DNA of 57,829 nt from a virus (lineage: Duplodnaviria > Caudoviricetes). Positions within the stretch are counted from its first letter, which is position 1. Each line of letters starts with the position of its first letter. The stretch spans positions 1-57,829 of the IMG/VR virus record IMGVR_UViG_3300001683_000002. One strand, given 5' to 3'. Under the pieces are notes generated by a model. That model saw nothing but the letters and a program-made list of their open reading frames with translations. It made no database searches and was not told the DNA's origin. Of the stretch, positions 48,720 to 56,915 are shown piece after piece. Position numbers and translations under genes: made by a program.

Positions 48720-48923
48720 ATGACTAAAAAACAAAGAGAAGCAATCGAAAAAAATACATGCCTTAACACCCTCATTGATGAAGGTAGGTTGAGTGCAGAA
48801 GAAATCGTAATCACAATGTCCAGAGGAGTGAATTTAAAATTCGTGAAAGGGATAATGGAGAAGAGAACCAGAGAAGCAGCAGAACTAAAGGAGTTATTGC
48901 AATGTGCGGTGATATCAGCGTAA
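48720..48923 (+). CDS. Hypothetical protein
   Basis: 67-aa ORF in the operon. Confidence 0.5.
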   Translation: MTKKQREAIEKNTCLNTLIDEGRLSAEEIVITMSRGVNLKFVKGIMEKRTREAAELKELLQCAVISA

Positions 48924-49012
48924 GTATAATGTTAACAACGATCGTGATGGTGTTTATGCTTGTAATCACATTAGTGATAGCAGTAGCACAAGAACGTGAC
49001 GAAGACGAATAA
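48902..49012 (+). CDS. 36-aa single-TM microprotein
   Basis: AAGGAG RBS; MCGDISVSIMLTTIVMVFMLVITLVIAVAQERDEDE. Confidence 0.55.
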   Translation: MCGDISVSIMLTTIVMVFMLVITLVIAVAQERDEDE

Positions 49013-49028
49013 TCAAACAGGAATAAAA

Positions 49029-49160
49029 ATGAACACAATTAAATTATTAATAGCACTATTTATAGCTATAGGCGCATTGTCTGTCATACTAGCACCAGAA
49101 GCACCAGTGGTAGAGCACGGACATCCTTATATTGATCACCATCATAACCGGGGAATATAA
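49029..49160 (+). CDS. 43-aa signal/TM microprotein with a His-rich tail
   Basis: MNTIKLLIALFIAIGALSVILAPEAPVVEHGHPYIDHHHNRGI. Confidence 0.55.
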   Translation: MNTIKLLIALFIAIGALSVILAPEAPVVEHGHPYIDHHHNRGI

Positions 49161-49161
49161 C

Positions 49162-49287
49162 ATGATAGATTGGTACATAGACCAGTTCATAATCAGTATC
49201 ACTATAGTGGTTTTATTTGAGATACTAGCAGTTAGTGGGATAGTCTACACTAACAGAATATTAACAGAGATAGAGGCAAACTCATGA
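49162..49287 (+). CDS. 41-aa single-TM microprotein (WY family 1)
   Basis: MIDWYIDQFIISITIVVLFEILAVSGIVYTNRILTEIEANS. Confidence 0.6.
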   Translation: MIDWYIDQFIISITIVVLFEILAVSGIVYTNRILTEIEANS

Positions 49288-49406
49288 TATCTTGGTACGT
49301 AGCAAATTTCACAGCCGCAATTCTTATAGTAGTATCGTTTGAGGTACTTGTGATAGTCGGTATATTACATCATAACAAAGTAGAAGCATCTAAGGAGACA
49401 AGATAA
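49284..49406 (+). CDS. 40-aa single-TM microprotein (WY family 2)
   Basis: ATGA coupling; MISWYVANFTAAILIVVSFEVLVIVGILHHNKVEASKETR. Confidence 0.6.
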   Translation: MISWYVANFTAAILIVVSFEVLVIVGILHHNKVEASKETR

Positions 49407-49525
49407 TGGGGATTGAATGGTACGTACAAAATTCAGTGGGCGACGTAGTTATACTAGTAGTATCGGTACTGTTCGTCGTTCAGTTCTATCGTGAAATGAA
49501 ATTTGGAGAAAAGGATGAAACTTAA
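49406..49525 (+). CDS. 39-aa single-TM microprotein (WY family 3)
   Basis: AAGGAG RBS, TAATG coupling; MGIEWYVQNSVGDVVILVVSVLFVVQFYREMKFGEKDET. Confidence 0.6.
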   Translation: MGIEWYVQNSVGDVVILVVSVLFVVQFYREMKFGEKDET

Positions 49526-49724
49526 GGAAGCAAAAGCACAAGCGAAGGACTTCGGGTACCAATATGCGGCAGTGGATGCCGACGGTTCTATCTATTATTA
49601 CCTAACCAAACCTTATGCAAATCTATACCTTGGCTTCTGGGTTGGCAATGATTCCAAGGTGTTCACGCATAGGGGGTTCTATTCAGGAAAGAAGCCCTGG
49701 AGAGAAACACTACGAAAAGTATAA
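49515..49724 (+). CDS. Hypothetical protein
   Basis: Y.AVDADG..Y.Y..KP...W...WRETL motif seen in small phage proteins. Confidence 0.6.
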   Translation: MKLKEAKAQAKDFGYQYAAVDADGSIYYYLTKPYANLYLGFWVGNDSKVFTHRGFYSGKKPWRETLRKV

Positions 49725-49730
49725 AAAGAC

Positions 49731-49759
49731 TTGCCTTTCTTGCTGATTTATAATAAAAT
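49731..49759 (+). promoter_or_regulatory. Sigma70-type promoter
   Basis: TTGCCT-17 bp-TAAAAT. Confidence 0.6.
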
Positions 49760-49808
49760 TATAGACCAGTAAGAAAACTTGCTGAATAACTAAATTTTGG
49801 AGAATACC

Positions 49809-50000
49809 GTGAAAGACCTATATCAATTTACCCTGGACATACTTTTATTAACTAAAGCTAAAGAAGAGGCTCAAAAAATCGCAATAGAAGTAGAGGTTAG
49901 GGACGAAGAATGGGAAGTAGGCGCCGGCTTACGTTCACAGACAGCTACGGAAGCATCAGTAACAAAGGATCAATGGAATAACTACATAGACGAACAGTAA
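49809..50000 (+). CDS. Hypothetical protein (GTG start)
   Basis: GGAG-aatacc-GTG initiation region. Confidence 0.55.
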   Translation: MKDLYQFTLDILLLTKAKEEAQKIAIEVEVRDEEWEVGAGLRSQTATEASVTKDQWNNYIDEQ

Positions 50001-50033
50001 TAATAAATAACTACTAAAATTTTGGAGAATACC

Positions 50034-50330
50034 GTGAGCAATATTAACGTAACATTGGAAGAGCTATTTTTGGGCGATACATGTAGCACAGACTACAGCC
50101 ATTATATAGACGCAGCGATAGATGCAGAAGATCATGCTTGTAACGCTGAACCTGCAGAATGGGATGCTTATCTAGAAGCAGTAAACAACCAAACAATCAC
50201 CCAGAGATTAAAAACAAAATCACCCACGCAAATTCGTAACGGTGTGATTTTAACGGCAGTCTATAAGGACTGGGTAACAGTAGAGGAAGAGGAGTGGGTT
50301 AACACTCACGAAGACAATGAAAATATTTAA
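50034..50330 (+). CDS. Acidic hypothetical protein (GTG start)
   Basis: Same duplicated GGAG-aatacc-GTG initiation region. Confidence 0.6.
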   Translation: MSNINVTLEELFLGDTCSTDYSHYIDAAIDAEDHACNAEPAEWDAYLEAVNNQTITQRLKTKSPTQIRNGVILTAVYKDWVTVEEEEWVNTHEDNENI

Positions 50331-50469
50331 GTTAAGAGGTGTAATCGGGGCGTTACTAACAATGTTTATGGATAATCCAGCGCCATTTTTCACGAAAGTT
50401 AATAGTCTTGTGAAGTTTGTAGGACAGGTAGTAGCTTTCATGTGGACAACTAGAGCTTGTCGGAAGTAA
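50317..50469 (+). CDS. 50-aa hypothetical protein
   Basis: Fills the gap before 50473; weak RBS. Confidence 0.4.
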   Translation: MKIFKLRGVIGALLTMFMDNPAPFFTKVNSLVKFVGQVVAFMWTTRACRK

Positions 50470-50472
50470 CAG

Positions 50473-50790
50473 ATGGGTCATAAATGGAACGACAAGACAA
50501 AACTAAGGGGAAAAGCTAAAGGGGAAGATTGCCAGGTTAGAGTACCTGGTGTCTGTAATTTTAACGCGGAAACGACTGTACTTGCACACCTGGGAGGAGC
50601 AGGTATGGGTACGAAGAATCACGACATACAAGGAGCTTGGTGCTGCAGTAGTTGCCACGACACTATCGATGGACGTGGCAGTACTCAGTTTACAAAGCCA
50701 GAGTTAACACTCATGCACCTGGAAGGGATCATGCGAACTATAGAAGCACTCTTGAAACGAGAGATTATTGAAATTAAAGTGAATAAATAA
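50473..50790 (+). CDS. DUF1364/YbcO-like His-Me-finger nuclease
   Basis: A.G..CQVR.PG.CN...ETTVLAH...GMG.K..D...AW.CSSCHD.ID. Confidence 0.85.
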   Translation: MGHKWNDKTKLRGKAKGEDCQVRVPGVCNFNAETTVLAHLGGAGMGTKNHDIQGAWCCSSCHDTIDGRGSTQFTKPELTLMHLEGIMRTIEALLKREIIEIKVNK

Positions 50791-50810
50791 CAAACAAAAG
50801 GGCAATTAAC

Positions 50811-51194
50811 GTGAATAAAGTAATTATAACAGGCAGACTAACATCAGACGCAGAACAGCGTACCATTCCGTCCGGTACCGCGATTCTGTCCTTCAGCGTA
50901 GCTAATAATACAGGATATGGTGATAAAGAGAAGGTTCATTATTTCAATTGTAGTTTATTTGGAAAACGAGCTGAGGGTAGATTACAAGAGTTTATGAAAA
51001 AGGGACAACTTGTAGCAGTGGAAGGAGAAGTTAGCTTGAACACGTACACTAAGAAAGATGGAACTGGAGGATCGTCTCTAAATGTATTTGTACAGAATGT
51101 AGAATTAATGGGTGGTAAGAACGACGTAGGAGTCGCACCAGCACCAGCCCAGGCAAAGAAAGATGAAGACTTTGATCAAGATGTACCGTTTTAA
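50811..51194 (+). CDS. ssb: Single-stranded DNA-binding protein
   Basis: NKVII.GRL..DAE.R, KGQLVAVEG, acidic DFDQDVPF tail. Confidence 0.95.
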   Translation: MNKVIITGRLTSDAEQRTIPSGTAILSFSVANNTGYGDKEKVHYFNCSLFGKRAEGRLQEFMKKGQLVAVEGEVSLNTYTKKDGTGGSSLNVFVQNVELMGGKNDVGVAPAPAQAKKDEDFDQDVPF

Positions 51195-51577
51195 TGAGTG
51201 ACCCAACAGAGCAACAGGAGCAAGTGGCCGTCATCGGTTGGCTTAAGGCTAACAATGTCAGTTTCTTCGCTCCGCCGTCTTCGTTCTTTAGCTCAGCAAA
51301 AAAAGACAAAAGGTTTTTCGGTATGATTGGGAAATTAAAATCAGCAGGATGGTCGAAAGGGTTTCCTGATTTAATAATTTTCTTGAATGGTCGTACGGTT
51401 TTTATAGAGATGAAAACCCTGAACACAGGAGTAGTATCGCCAGCACAAAAGGCCTGGCTAGAAAAGCTAAGGTCATTAGGACACGACGCCTACATCTGCA
51501 AAGGAGCGGATGCAGCAATAGAACAGATTAATAAATGCATACAGCACGGAGGTGAGTTTTGGGAGTTAGGGTTATAA
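51194..51577 (+). CDS. VRR-NUC domain nuclease
   Basis: E..EQ, G...GFPDL, FIEMK, S.AQK.W...L. Confidence 0.88.
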   Translation: MSDPTEQQEQVAVIGWLKANNVSFFAPPSSFFSSAKKDKRFFGMIGKLKSAGWSKGFPDLIIFLNGRTVFIEMKTLNTGVVSPAQKAWLEKLRSLGHDAYICKGADAAIEQINKCIQHGGEFWELGL

Positions 51578-51700
51578 CAGTATCAGTAATATTATTTAGT
51601 GCTGTAGGGCTGGCAGTAGGAGTTGCGCTAGCATACACAGCAATTTTTGTGGGGATCATAGCCCACGCAGTCCATGATTTTTTTACGTAGGAGAAAGACA

Positions 51701-51853
51701 ATGGCCAAAGACAGAGCACGTATTGAGTGGCTTACTGAGGAGGTGGCCGCCCAGCAAGAGCAGCTAGATTATTATAGAGATCTACTGAAGGAAGAGAAGG
51801 AATATACTAGACAAGAAGAGGCAGACAATGAGTACGTCAAAAGAGAAGAGTAA
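51701..51853 (+). CDS. 50-aa coiled-coil hypothetical protein
   Basis: AGGAG RBS; MAKDRARIEWLTEEVAAQQEQL... Confidence 0.55.
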   Translation: MAKDRARIEWLTEEVAAQQEQLDYYRDLLKEEKEYTRQEEADNEYVKREE

Positions 51854-52547
51854 CGTAGGGTCGATAATGACAGAGTTTGCTGAGGCGGATCACTTATTTG
51901 AAGGCCTGGGCAAGGCGGTCACTATATTTGGTTCCGCTAGAACGCCTAGAACAGCAGTACCATACCAAAAAGCCGCTGACATTAGCGAGAAGCTAGCTAA
52001 AAATGGTTTCAGTACTATTACTGGCGGTGGGATGGGTATTATGGCTGCAGGGAACGAAGGAGCATATAGAGTACAGAACGAAGAGGTTGAGTCTGTTGGA
52101 ATGGGAATAGTACTTCCTTTTGAAACGGAGAACAACCAGTACGTTACTAAATGCTATACGTATAAGTACTTCTTTGTTAGAAAAGTAATGATGGTAAAGT
52201 ATTCAGACGCCTTCATATGTATGGAAGGTGGTTTTGGGACACTAGATGAAATGTTTGAAGTATTGACGCTTATACAGACATTGAAGACCCGTAGAGCTAA
52301 AGTGTATCTGGTTGGTGTAGACTACTATACTGGACTACTGGACTGGATAAAGACGACAATGCTGGGTTTTGGTTATATATCACCTGAAGACATTGATTTA
52401 ATCCACCTAACGGATGATGTTGATGAAGTGGTACGTATGATATCTGACGAACATGCCAATAATCAGCGATTAGATGAAAAAATTGCCTTAGGTAGGCAGT
52501 TGTTTGACCGAACTACAGAAAGAAGACCAACGAGGATAAGAATGTGA
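51828..52547 (+). CDS. LOG-family (SLOG) nucleotide 5'-monophosphate phosphoribohydrolase-like protein
   Basis: VTIFGSAR, TGGG.GIM.A.N.GA, YFFVRK.M.VKYSDAF, EGGFGTLDE. Confidence 0.9.
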   Translation: MSTSKEKSNVGSIMTEFAEADHLFEGLGKAVTIFGSARTPRTAVPYQKAADISEKLAKNGFSTITGGGMGIMAAGNEGAYRVQNEEVESVGMGIVLPFETENNQYVTKCYTYKYFFVRKVMMVKYSDAFICMEGGFGTLDEMFEVLTLIQTLKTRRAKVYLVGVDYYTGLLDWIKTTMLGFGYISPEDIDLIHLTDDVDEVVRMISDEHANNQRLDEKIALGRQLFDRTTERRPTRIRM

Positions 52548-52726
52548 TTTTAGATTATAGAACATACGTGGTAACGGAGTTCATGTGCGGTAACTGTTCG
52601 TGTGTATGGACTATACCCTCTCATGATAGAGAGAAACATGCTTATGTTACGTGTCCTAAATGCTCAATAACAGCAAACCCGGACGTTGACGAAGACTTAA
52701 CTAAAGGTGTGAATGATGAACTTTAA
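52544..52726 (+). CDS. Small Zn-ribbon protein
   Basis: CGNC...CPKC. Confidence 0.6.
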   Translation: MILDYRTYVVTEFMCGNCSCVWTIPSHDREKHAYVTCPKCSITANPDVDEDLTKGVNDEL

Positions 52727-52740
52727 ACAGGTAATAAAAA

Positions 52741-52770
52741 TAGACTGTCACGGTCAAATAATGATATACT
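52741..52770 (+). promoter_or_regulatory. Putative late promoter upstream of the lysin
   Basis: TAGACT-18 bp-TATACT with an extended TG. Confidence 0.55.
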
Positions 52771-52812
52771 TAATTAACTTCGATGCTCCTCCAAAAGCAA
52801 AGTAGCAACCTC

Positions 52813-52855
52813 AGCCTGCCTAGCCTCGAAAGAAGCGAACGCAGGCTTTTTTTTT
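52813..52855 (+). terminator. Intrinsic terminator immediately upstream of the lysin
   Basis: AGCCTGC...GCAGGCT followed by a 9-T run. Confidence 0.75.
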
Positions 52856-52868
52856 ATAAGGAATTAAG

Positions 52869-53285
52869 ATGATTACTAAAGAACTAAGGAAACACGTAGA
52901 ACAAAGTGAAGGGCTGCGGTTAAAGCTCTATAAATGTACAAGTGGCCGCTTAACGATAGGTTACGGACACAACATAGATGACAATGGGATTACTCTTACT
53001 ATTGCCAAGGACATGCTAGAGGAAGACCTACAAGAAGCAGAACGATCACTGTTTGCTGCTTTCCCTGCATATCAGATGTTATCACAACCGCGTATAGACG
53101 CATTAATAGATTTGACTTTTAACATAGGTATCACTAAGTTTAAAAGGTTTGGCTATTTACATAAAGCACTAGCAATGCAAGACTTTGAAACAGCAGCAGC
53201 TGAACTAATGGACAGCAAGTATGCTAGACAAGTTGGAAATCGTGCCAAAATCAATCGTGACCTAATACTAACGGGTAAGAGATAA
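52869..53285 (+). CDS. Endolysin, GH24 (T4-lysozyme-like)
   Basis: EGLRLKLYKCTSGRLTIGYGHN (E-x8-C-x5-T), FNIG, AA.ELMDS.YA.QVG.RA. Confidence 0.9.
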   Translation: MITKELRKHVEQSEGLRLKLYKCTSGRLTIGYGHNIDDNGITLTIAKDMLEEDLQEAERSLFAAFPAYQMLSQPRIDALIDLTFNIGITKFKRFGYLHKALAMQDFETAAAELMDSKYARQVGNRAKINRDLILTGKR

Positions 53286-53569
53286 TGACCAGGAACACTG
53301 CGAGAAGAAACCTAAAATTATTTTATGTCTTTGAAGATCATAAGATGGAGAAGGGATACGTAGAACAATGCTCTCCAGTAACAATAAGCACAGCAAAAGC
53401 GGTATCGACTGCTCTAGCTGCATTAAGGATGTTTGAGTTCAAAGCGTTCGAGTACGTTATAATGAGGTACGAGAGAGGGGTACCATTAGACAGAATAGAA
53501 CATATGCTCAAGAGCGATTTAACAGAGCTTGATGCTAAAGCTATGGACATGATTATTAAATGGGGCTAA
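53285..53569 (+). CDS. Hypothetical protein, possibly sigma-region-4/antiterminator-like
   Basis: V..AL..L......VIMRYERG.PL..I...L resembles the C-terminus of sigma4/Q-type HTH proteins. Confidence 0.4.
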   Translation: MTRNTARRNLKLFYVFEDHKMEKGYVEQCSPVTISTAKAVSTALAALRMFEFKAFEYVIMRYERGVPLDRIEHMLKSDLTELDAKAMDMIIKWG

Positions 53570-53647
53570 TTATACGTTTCAGCACATGCGAGTTTGCTAA
53601 TATTATGGTATACTACCATGTTTCTTTTATACACAGAGGCAATTGTA

Positions 53648-54067
53648 ATGTTTGATATACCCAGTGCGGTCGAAGCTGCAAGCAACTTAATCAATGGTGT
53701 AGTAAGTCGTGTCTGGCCTGATCCAAGCGAAGTAGAAAGAAACAACCTGGAGCGTTTTAAAGCGGACTTGTCAATGGAAATGGCCATTACACAAGCCCAG
53801 ACTTCTATCAATAAGCAAGAGGCAGCACATAAGAGCATCTTTGTAGCAGGATGGCGTCCCTTTGTAGGGTGGTGTTGCGCGGCGGCGTTATTGTATGCAG
53901 CTATACTAGAGCCAATGGCTCGATTTATCTCACAAGTGTTCTTTGATTATGCTGGTGAGTTTCCCATTATCAACACAGACTTAACTCTTCAAATCTTGTT
54001 AGGAATGTTGGGATTGTCAGGGATGCGCTCATTTGAAAAAACAAGATCAGTAGCAAGGAGTAAATGA
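53648..54067 (+). CDS. Holin (3TM/GTA-type)
   Basis: N..EA.H.S.FVAGWRPFVGW and LLGMLGL.G.RSFEK motifs. Confidence 0.85.
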   Translation: MFDIPSAVEAASNLINGVVSRVWPDPSEVERNNLERFKADLSMEMAITQAQTSINKQEAAHKSIFVAGWRPFVGWCCAAALLYAAILEPMARFISQVFFDYAGEFPIINTDLTLQILLGMLGLSGMRSFEKTRSVARSK

Positions 54068-54068
54068 C

Positions 54069-54359
54069 ATGAGTCTAGTGGTACAAATTATGGATAGTAT
54101 TCCATTCCTCCAGCACGGTGAAGACAAGGCCGGTAAACAAACCAAGGGGTATGAAGTGGACTTTAAGAGAATTTCGGAGGCAGCGCTAATAGCGGTAACG
54201 GCAGCAGTACTTACTATGTATGGGACACAAGCCAGCCTTACTGAGAGATTGTCAGCACTGTCACATGATATCCAAGAAGTCAAGAATAGCCAGAAGCAAA
54301 TCATACGTGATCTATATATACCTAGAGTAACATCAAGAGATAGTAGAGAACTACGATGA
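54069..54359 (+). CDS. TM plus coiled-coil protein, lysis-associated candidate
   Basis: One hydrophobic segment followed by heptads; directly after the holin. Confidence 0.5.
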   Translation: MSLVVQIMDSIPFLQHGEDKAGKQTKGYEVDFKRISEAALIAVTAAVLTMYGTQASLTERLSALSHDIQEVKNSQKQIIRDLYIPRVTSRDSRELR

Positions 54360-54790
54360 AGAACGGACTAACACCACGGATGAAACGATTCTGTGAGTTT
54401 TACGTAGCCAACGGTGGCAATGGTACGGCAGCAGCTAAAGAAGCAGGATACAAGCCAGATAATGCTGTTGCTATAGCAGGCGAGAACTTAACAAAACCTG
54501 CGATACAACGATACATAGCAGAACTCAATGAGCCAGGACAAAATGCACGTATTGCATCAGCACAAGAGCGCCAGGAATTCTGGACATCAGTAGTGCGTGG
54601 TGAAGAAGCAAGTCGTACAGATCACGAAGGATTACCAGAGTTAGACATGAAAGACAGATTGAAGGCGTCAGAATTACTAGGACGTAGCCAACTGGACTTT
54701 GTAGAGAAGCGCATTATAGATGTAAGTATTAACGTAGCTGATCAATTAACAGCGTTAAAGCAGGCTGCAGTAGATGCCACATCAGATTGA
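54356..54790 (+). CDS. terS: Terminase small subunit
   Basis: LT....RFCEFY...N.T.AA..AGY...A...A.ENL.KP.I..YI; DRLKASELLG. Confidence 0.9.
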   Translation: MKNGLTPRMKRFCEFYVANGGNGTAAAKEAGYKPDNAVAIAGENLTKPAIQRYIAELNEPGQNARIASAQERQEFWTSVVRGEEASRTDHEGLPELDMKDRLKASELLGRSQLDFVEKRIIDVSINVADQLTALKQAAVDATSD

Positions 54791-56192
54791 AGCATTCCTC
54801 ATAGAGACAGCGCATAAGTTCAGACATGACCCCTTAGCCTTCGTTAAGTTTGCCTGGGAAGCGAAACCTCATGAGTGGCAAGAAGACCTATTGAGAGATA
54901 TAGGCGATAAATTAAAGGCTGGAGAGATAGATCAACATGCAGCTATACTCCAAGCTATAGCGAGTGGACACGGCATAGGTAAGAGTTGTTTAGTATCCTG
55001 GTTAGTATTGTGGGCGTTAACTACTGAAGTGGACACCAAGGGTGTGGTAACAGCCAATACAGAGAACCAGCTGAAGACAAAGACCTGGGCAGAGATTGGT
55101 AAATGGTACAACTCGTTCAAGTATAAACACTGGTTTAAGTTTACTGCAACAGCTATCTTTAGTGTTGATACCAGTCACGAGAGAACCTGGAGGGTCGATA
55201 TGATCCCCTGGAGTGAAAGAAATACAGAAGCGTTTGCCGGGCTACACAATGCTGGTAAGCGTATTTTAGTGGTCTTTGATGAAGCATCTGCTATCCCGGA
55301 CAACATATGGGAAGTTACAGAGGGTGCCTTGACAGATGAAGACACGGAAATAATATGGTTAGCGTTCGGAAACCCGACAAGGAACACAGGGCGCCTGCGT
55401 GAATGTTTTGGAAAGCTAAAGCATCGATGGTCTCACCGTAAGGTAGACTCACGCACAGTACCGGGTACTAACAAGACTCAGATCGCCCAGTGGGTTGAAG
55501 ACTACGGCGAAGACTCAGACTTTATACGTGTTCGTGTTAAGGGTGAATTCCCTAGAGCGGGTACAAGACAGTTCATATCAGGGGACATAGTAGACGAGGC
55601 AGTAAAGCGCACCGTTGAAGTCCCATTTGGAACACCCAAGATCCTAAGCGTTGACGTAGCACGTTTCGGAGATGACCAGAGTGTCGTGGCAATGCGTCAC
55701 GGTAGAAAGCTAGAAACACTCATAAAGTTCAGAGGGTTAGATACAATGCAACTCTCTAGTGAAATATCGGCACTAATCACCAGTTCCAGGCCTGATGCGG
55801 TTTTCGTTGATGGCGTTGGTGTAGGTGGTGGTGTAGTTGATAGGTTAAGACAGATGGGTCACATGGTAATAGATGTGAATGCAGGTAGAGCACCAGATAC
55901 AGAGAATAAAGATACGCACGTTAATAAGCGTGTAGAAATGTGGGATAGAATGAAGAAATGGCTAGATGGAGCTGACATACCTGATGACCAGGATCTCAAG
56001 GATGAACTAATAGGGATTGAATACGGCTATGACAATAGAATGCGTCTACAGCTGGAGAAGAAATCAGACATGAAGAAGAGGGGACTATCGAGTCCTGATT
56101 GTGCGGACGCGGTATCGTTGGGCTTTTATGTTCACGTAGTGCCCCAGCAAGATGAACAGAACATGGAACCGGAGATATATTATGACAGTTAA
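54774..56192 (+). CDS. terL: Terminase large subunit
   Basis: SGHGIGKS Walker A, VFDEAS Walker B, GNP, DVARFGDD, SPDCADA. Confidence 0.95.
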   Translation: MPHQIEAFLIETAHKFRHDPLAFVKFAWEAKPHEWQEDLLRDIGDKLKAGEIDQHAAILQAIASGHGIGKSCLVSWLVLWALTTEVDTKGVVTANTENQLKTKTWAEIGKWYNSFKYKHWFKFTATAIFSVDTSHERTWRVDMIPWSERNTEAFAGLHNAGKRILVVFDEASAIPDNIWEVTEGALTDEDTEIIWLAFGNPTRNTGRLRECFGKLKHRWSHRKVDSRTVPGTNKTQIAQWVEDYGEDSDFIRVRVKGEFPRAGTRQFISGDIVDEAVKRTVEVPFGTPKILSVDVARFGDDQSVVAMRHGRKLETLIKFRGLDTMQLSSEISALITSSRPDAVFVDGVGVGGGVVDRLRQMGHMVIDVNAGRAPDTENKDTHVNKRVEMWDRMKKWLDGADIPDDQDLKDELIGIEYGYDNRMRLQLEKKSDMKKRGLSSPDCADAVSLGFYVHVVPQQDEQNMEPEIYYDS

Positions 56193-56340
56193 GCCACGTA
56201 ACCCAGATAAAGTACGCTCATTTAAAGACGAAGTGTCGATAGCGGATAAAGGACAGCGCAAGGAGAAGGAGTCTGGCTATGAGTTCAGTTGCCGTATCTT
56301 CGAGGATAAAGTAAGTAAAGAGGGTTACGACGAAGATTAA
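56182..56340 (+). CDS. Small hypothetical protein
   Basis: GGAG RBS; overlaps the terL stop. Confidence 0.5.
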   Translation: MTVKPRNPDKVRSFKDEVSIADKGQRKEKESGYEFSCRIFEDKVSKEGYDED

Positions 56341-56409
56341 CCCACCGGTGGAAGATGTTAACTAACCCTTTGATTGATAAGATAAATATATAGACAGGAA
56401 TAAACGAAT

Positions 56410-56589
56410 ATGTGGGCAATGGTAATAGTATTAGTATCAGCAACAAGTTTCGCCACGGTTGCGAATCAAGTAACGGTATCAGATCAGTTCGCTAGCTTAG
56501 AATTATGTAGATCTGGTGCTAAACATTTCCGTGACGTTGTAGCTATTAATGATGTAACTGCTCACATAACTTGCATTCAGGTAAAATAA
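56410..56589 (+). CDS. 59-aa exported small protein with two Cys
   Basis: MWAMVIVLVSATSFA...FASLELC...TC; AGGA RBS. Confidence 0.55.
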   Translation: MWAMVIVLVSATSFATVANQVTVSDQFASLELCRSGAKHFRDVVAINDVTAHITCIQVK

Positions 56590-56591
56590 AT

Positions 56592-56915
56592 ATGAGTATA
56601 CAAGAAGAACTAGCAAGCCAAGCAATAGCAAGAAGTGTATCGGAAGTGCTAGATAAGCATTATCCCGGTCATGCATGGGCAGTACAAGCGGATGTGATGC
56701 AAGGTATTGTTAAAGTGCATAACCTTAAATTGTCAGGGGAATGGGGATTCATGCTGATGATGGATGACTTAATGAATGACCCCACAGAACGTCCGGTTGT
56801 TAATGCAGGCGGTGAACTCCTGGAGCGATTCAAGCTTAGTCGTGGCAGGGCTCAAGAAGATGAAATCGAGAACCTACAGAGAGATATGCGAGGAGACGCA
56901 CTACATGGCACTTAA
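56592..56915 (+). CDS. Hypothetical protein upstream of the portal gene
   Basis: L..HYPGH.W.V and GGELLERF.L.RG; overlaps the portal start. Confidence 0.65.
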   Translation: MSIQEELASQAIARSVSEVLDKHYPGHAWAVQADVMQGIVKVHNLKLSGEWGFMLMMDDLMNDPTERPVVNAGGELLERFKLSRGRAQEDEIENLQRDMRGDALHGT

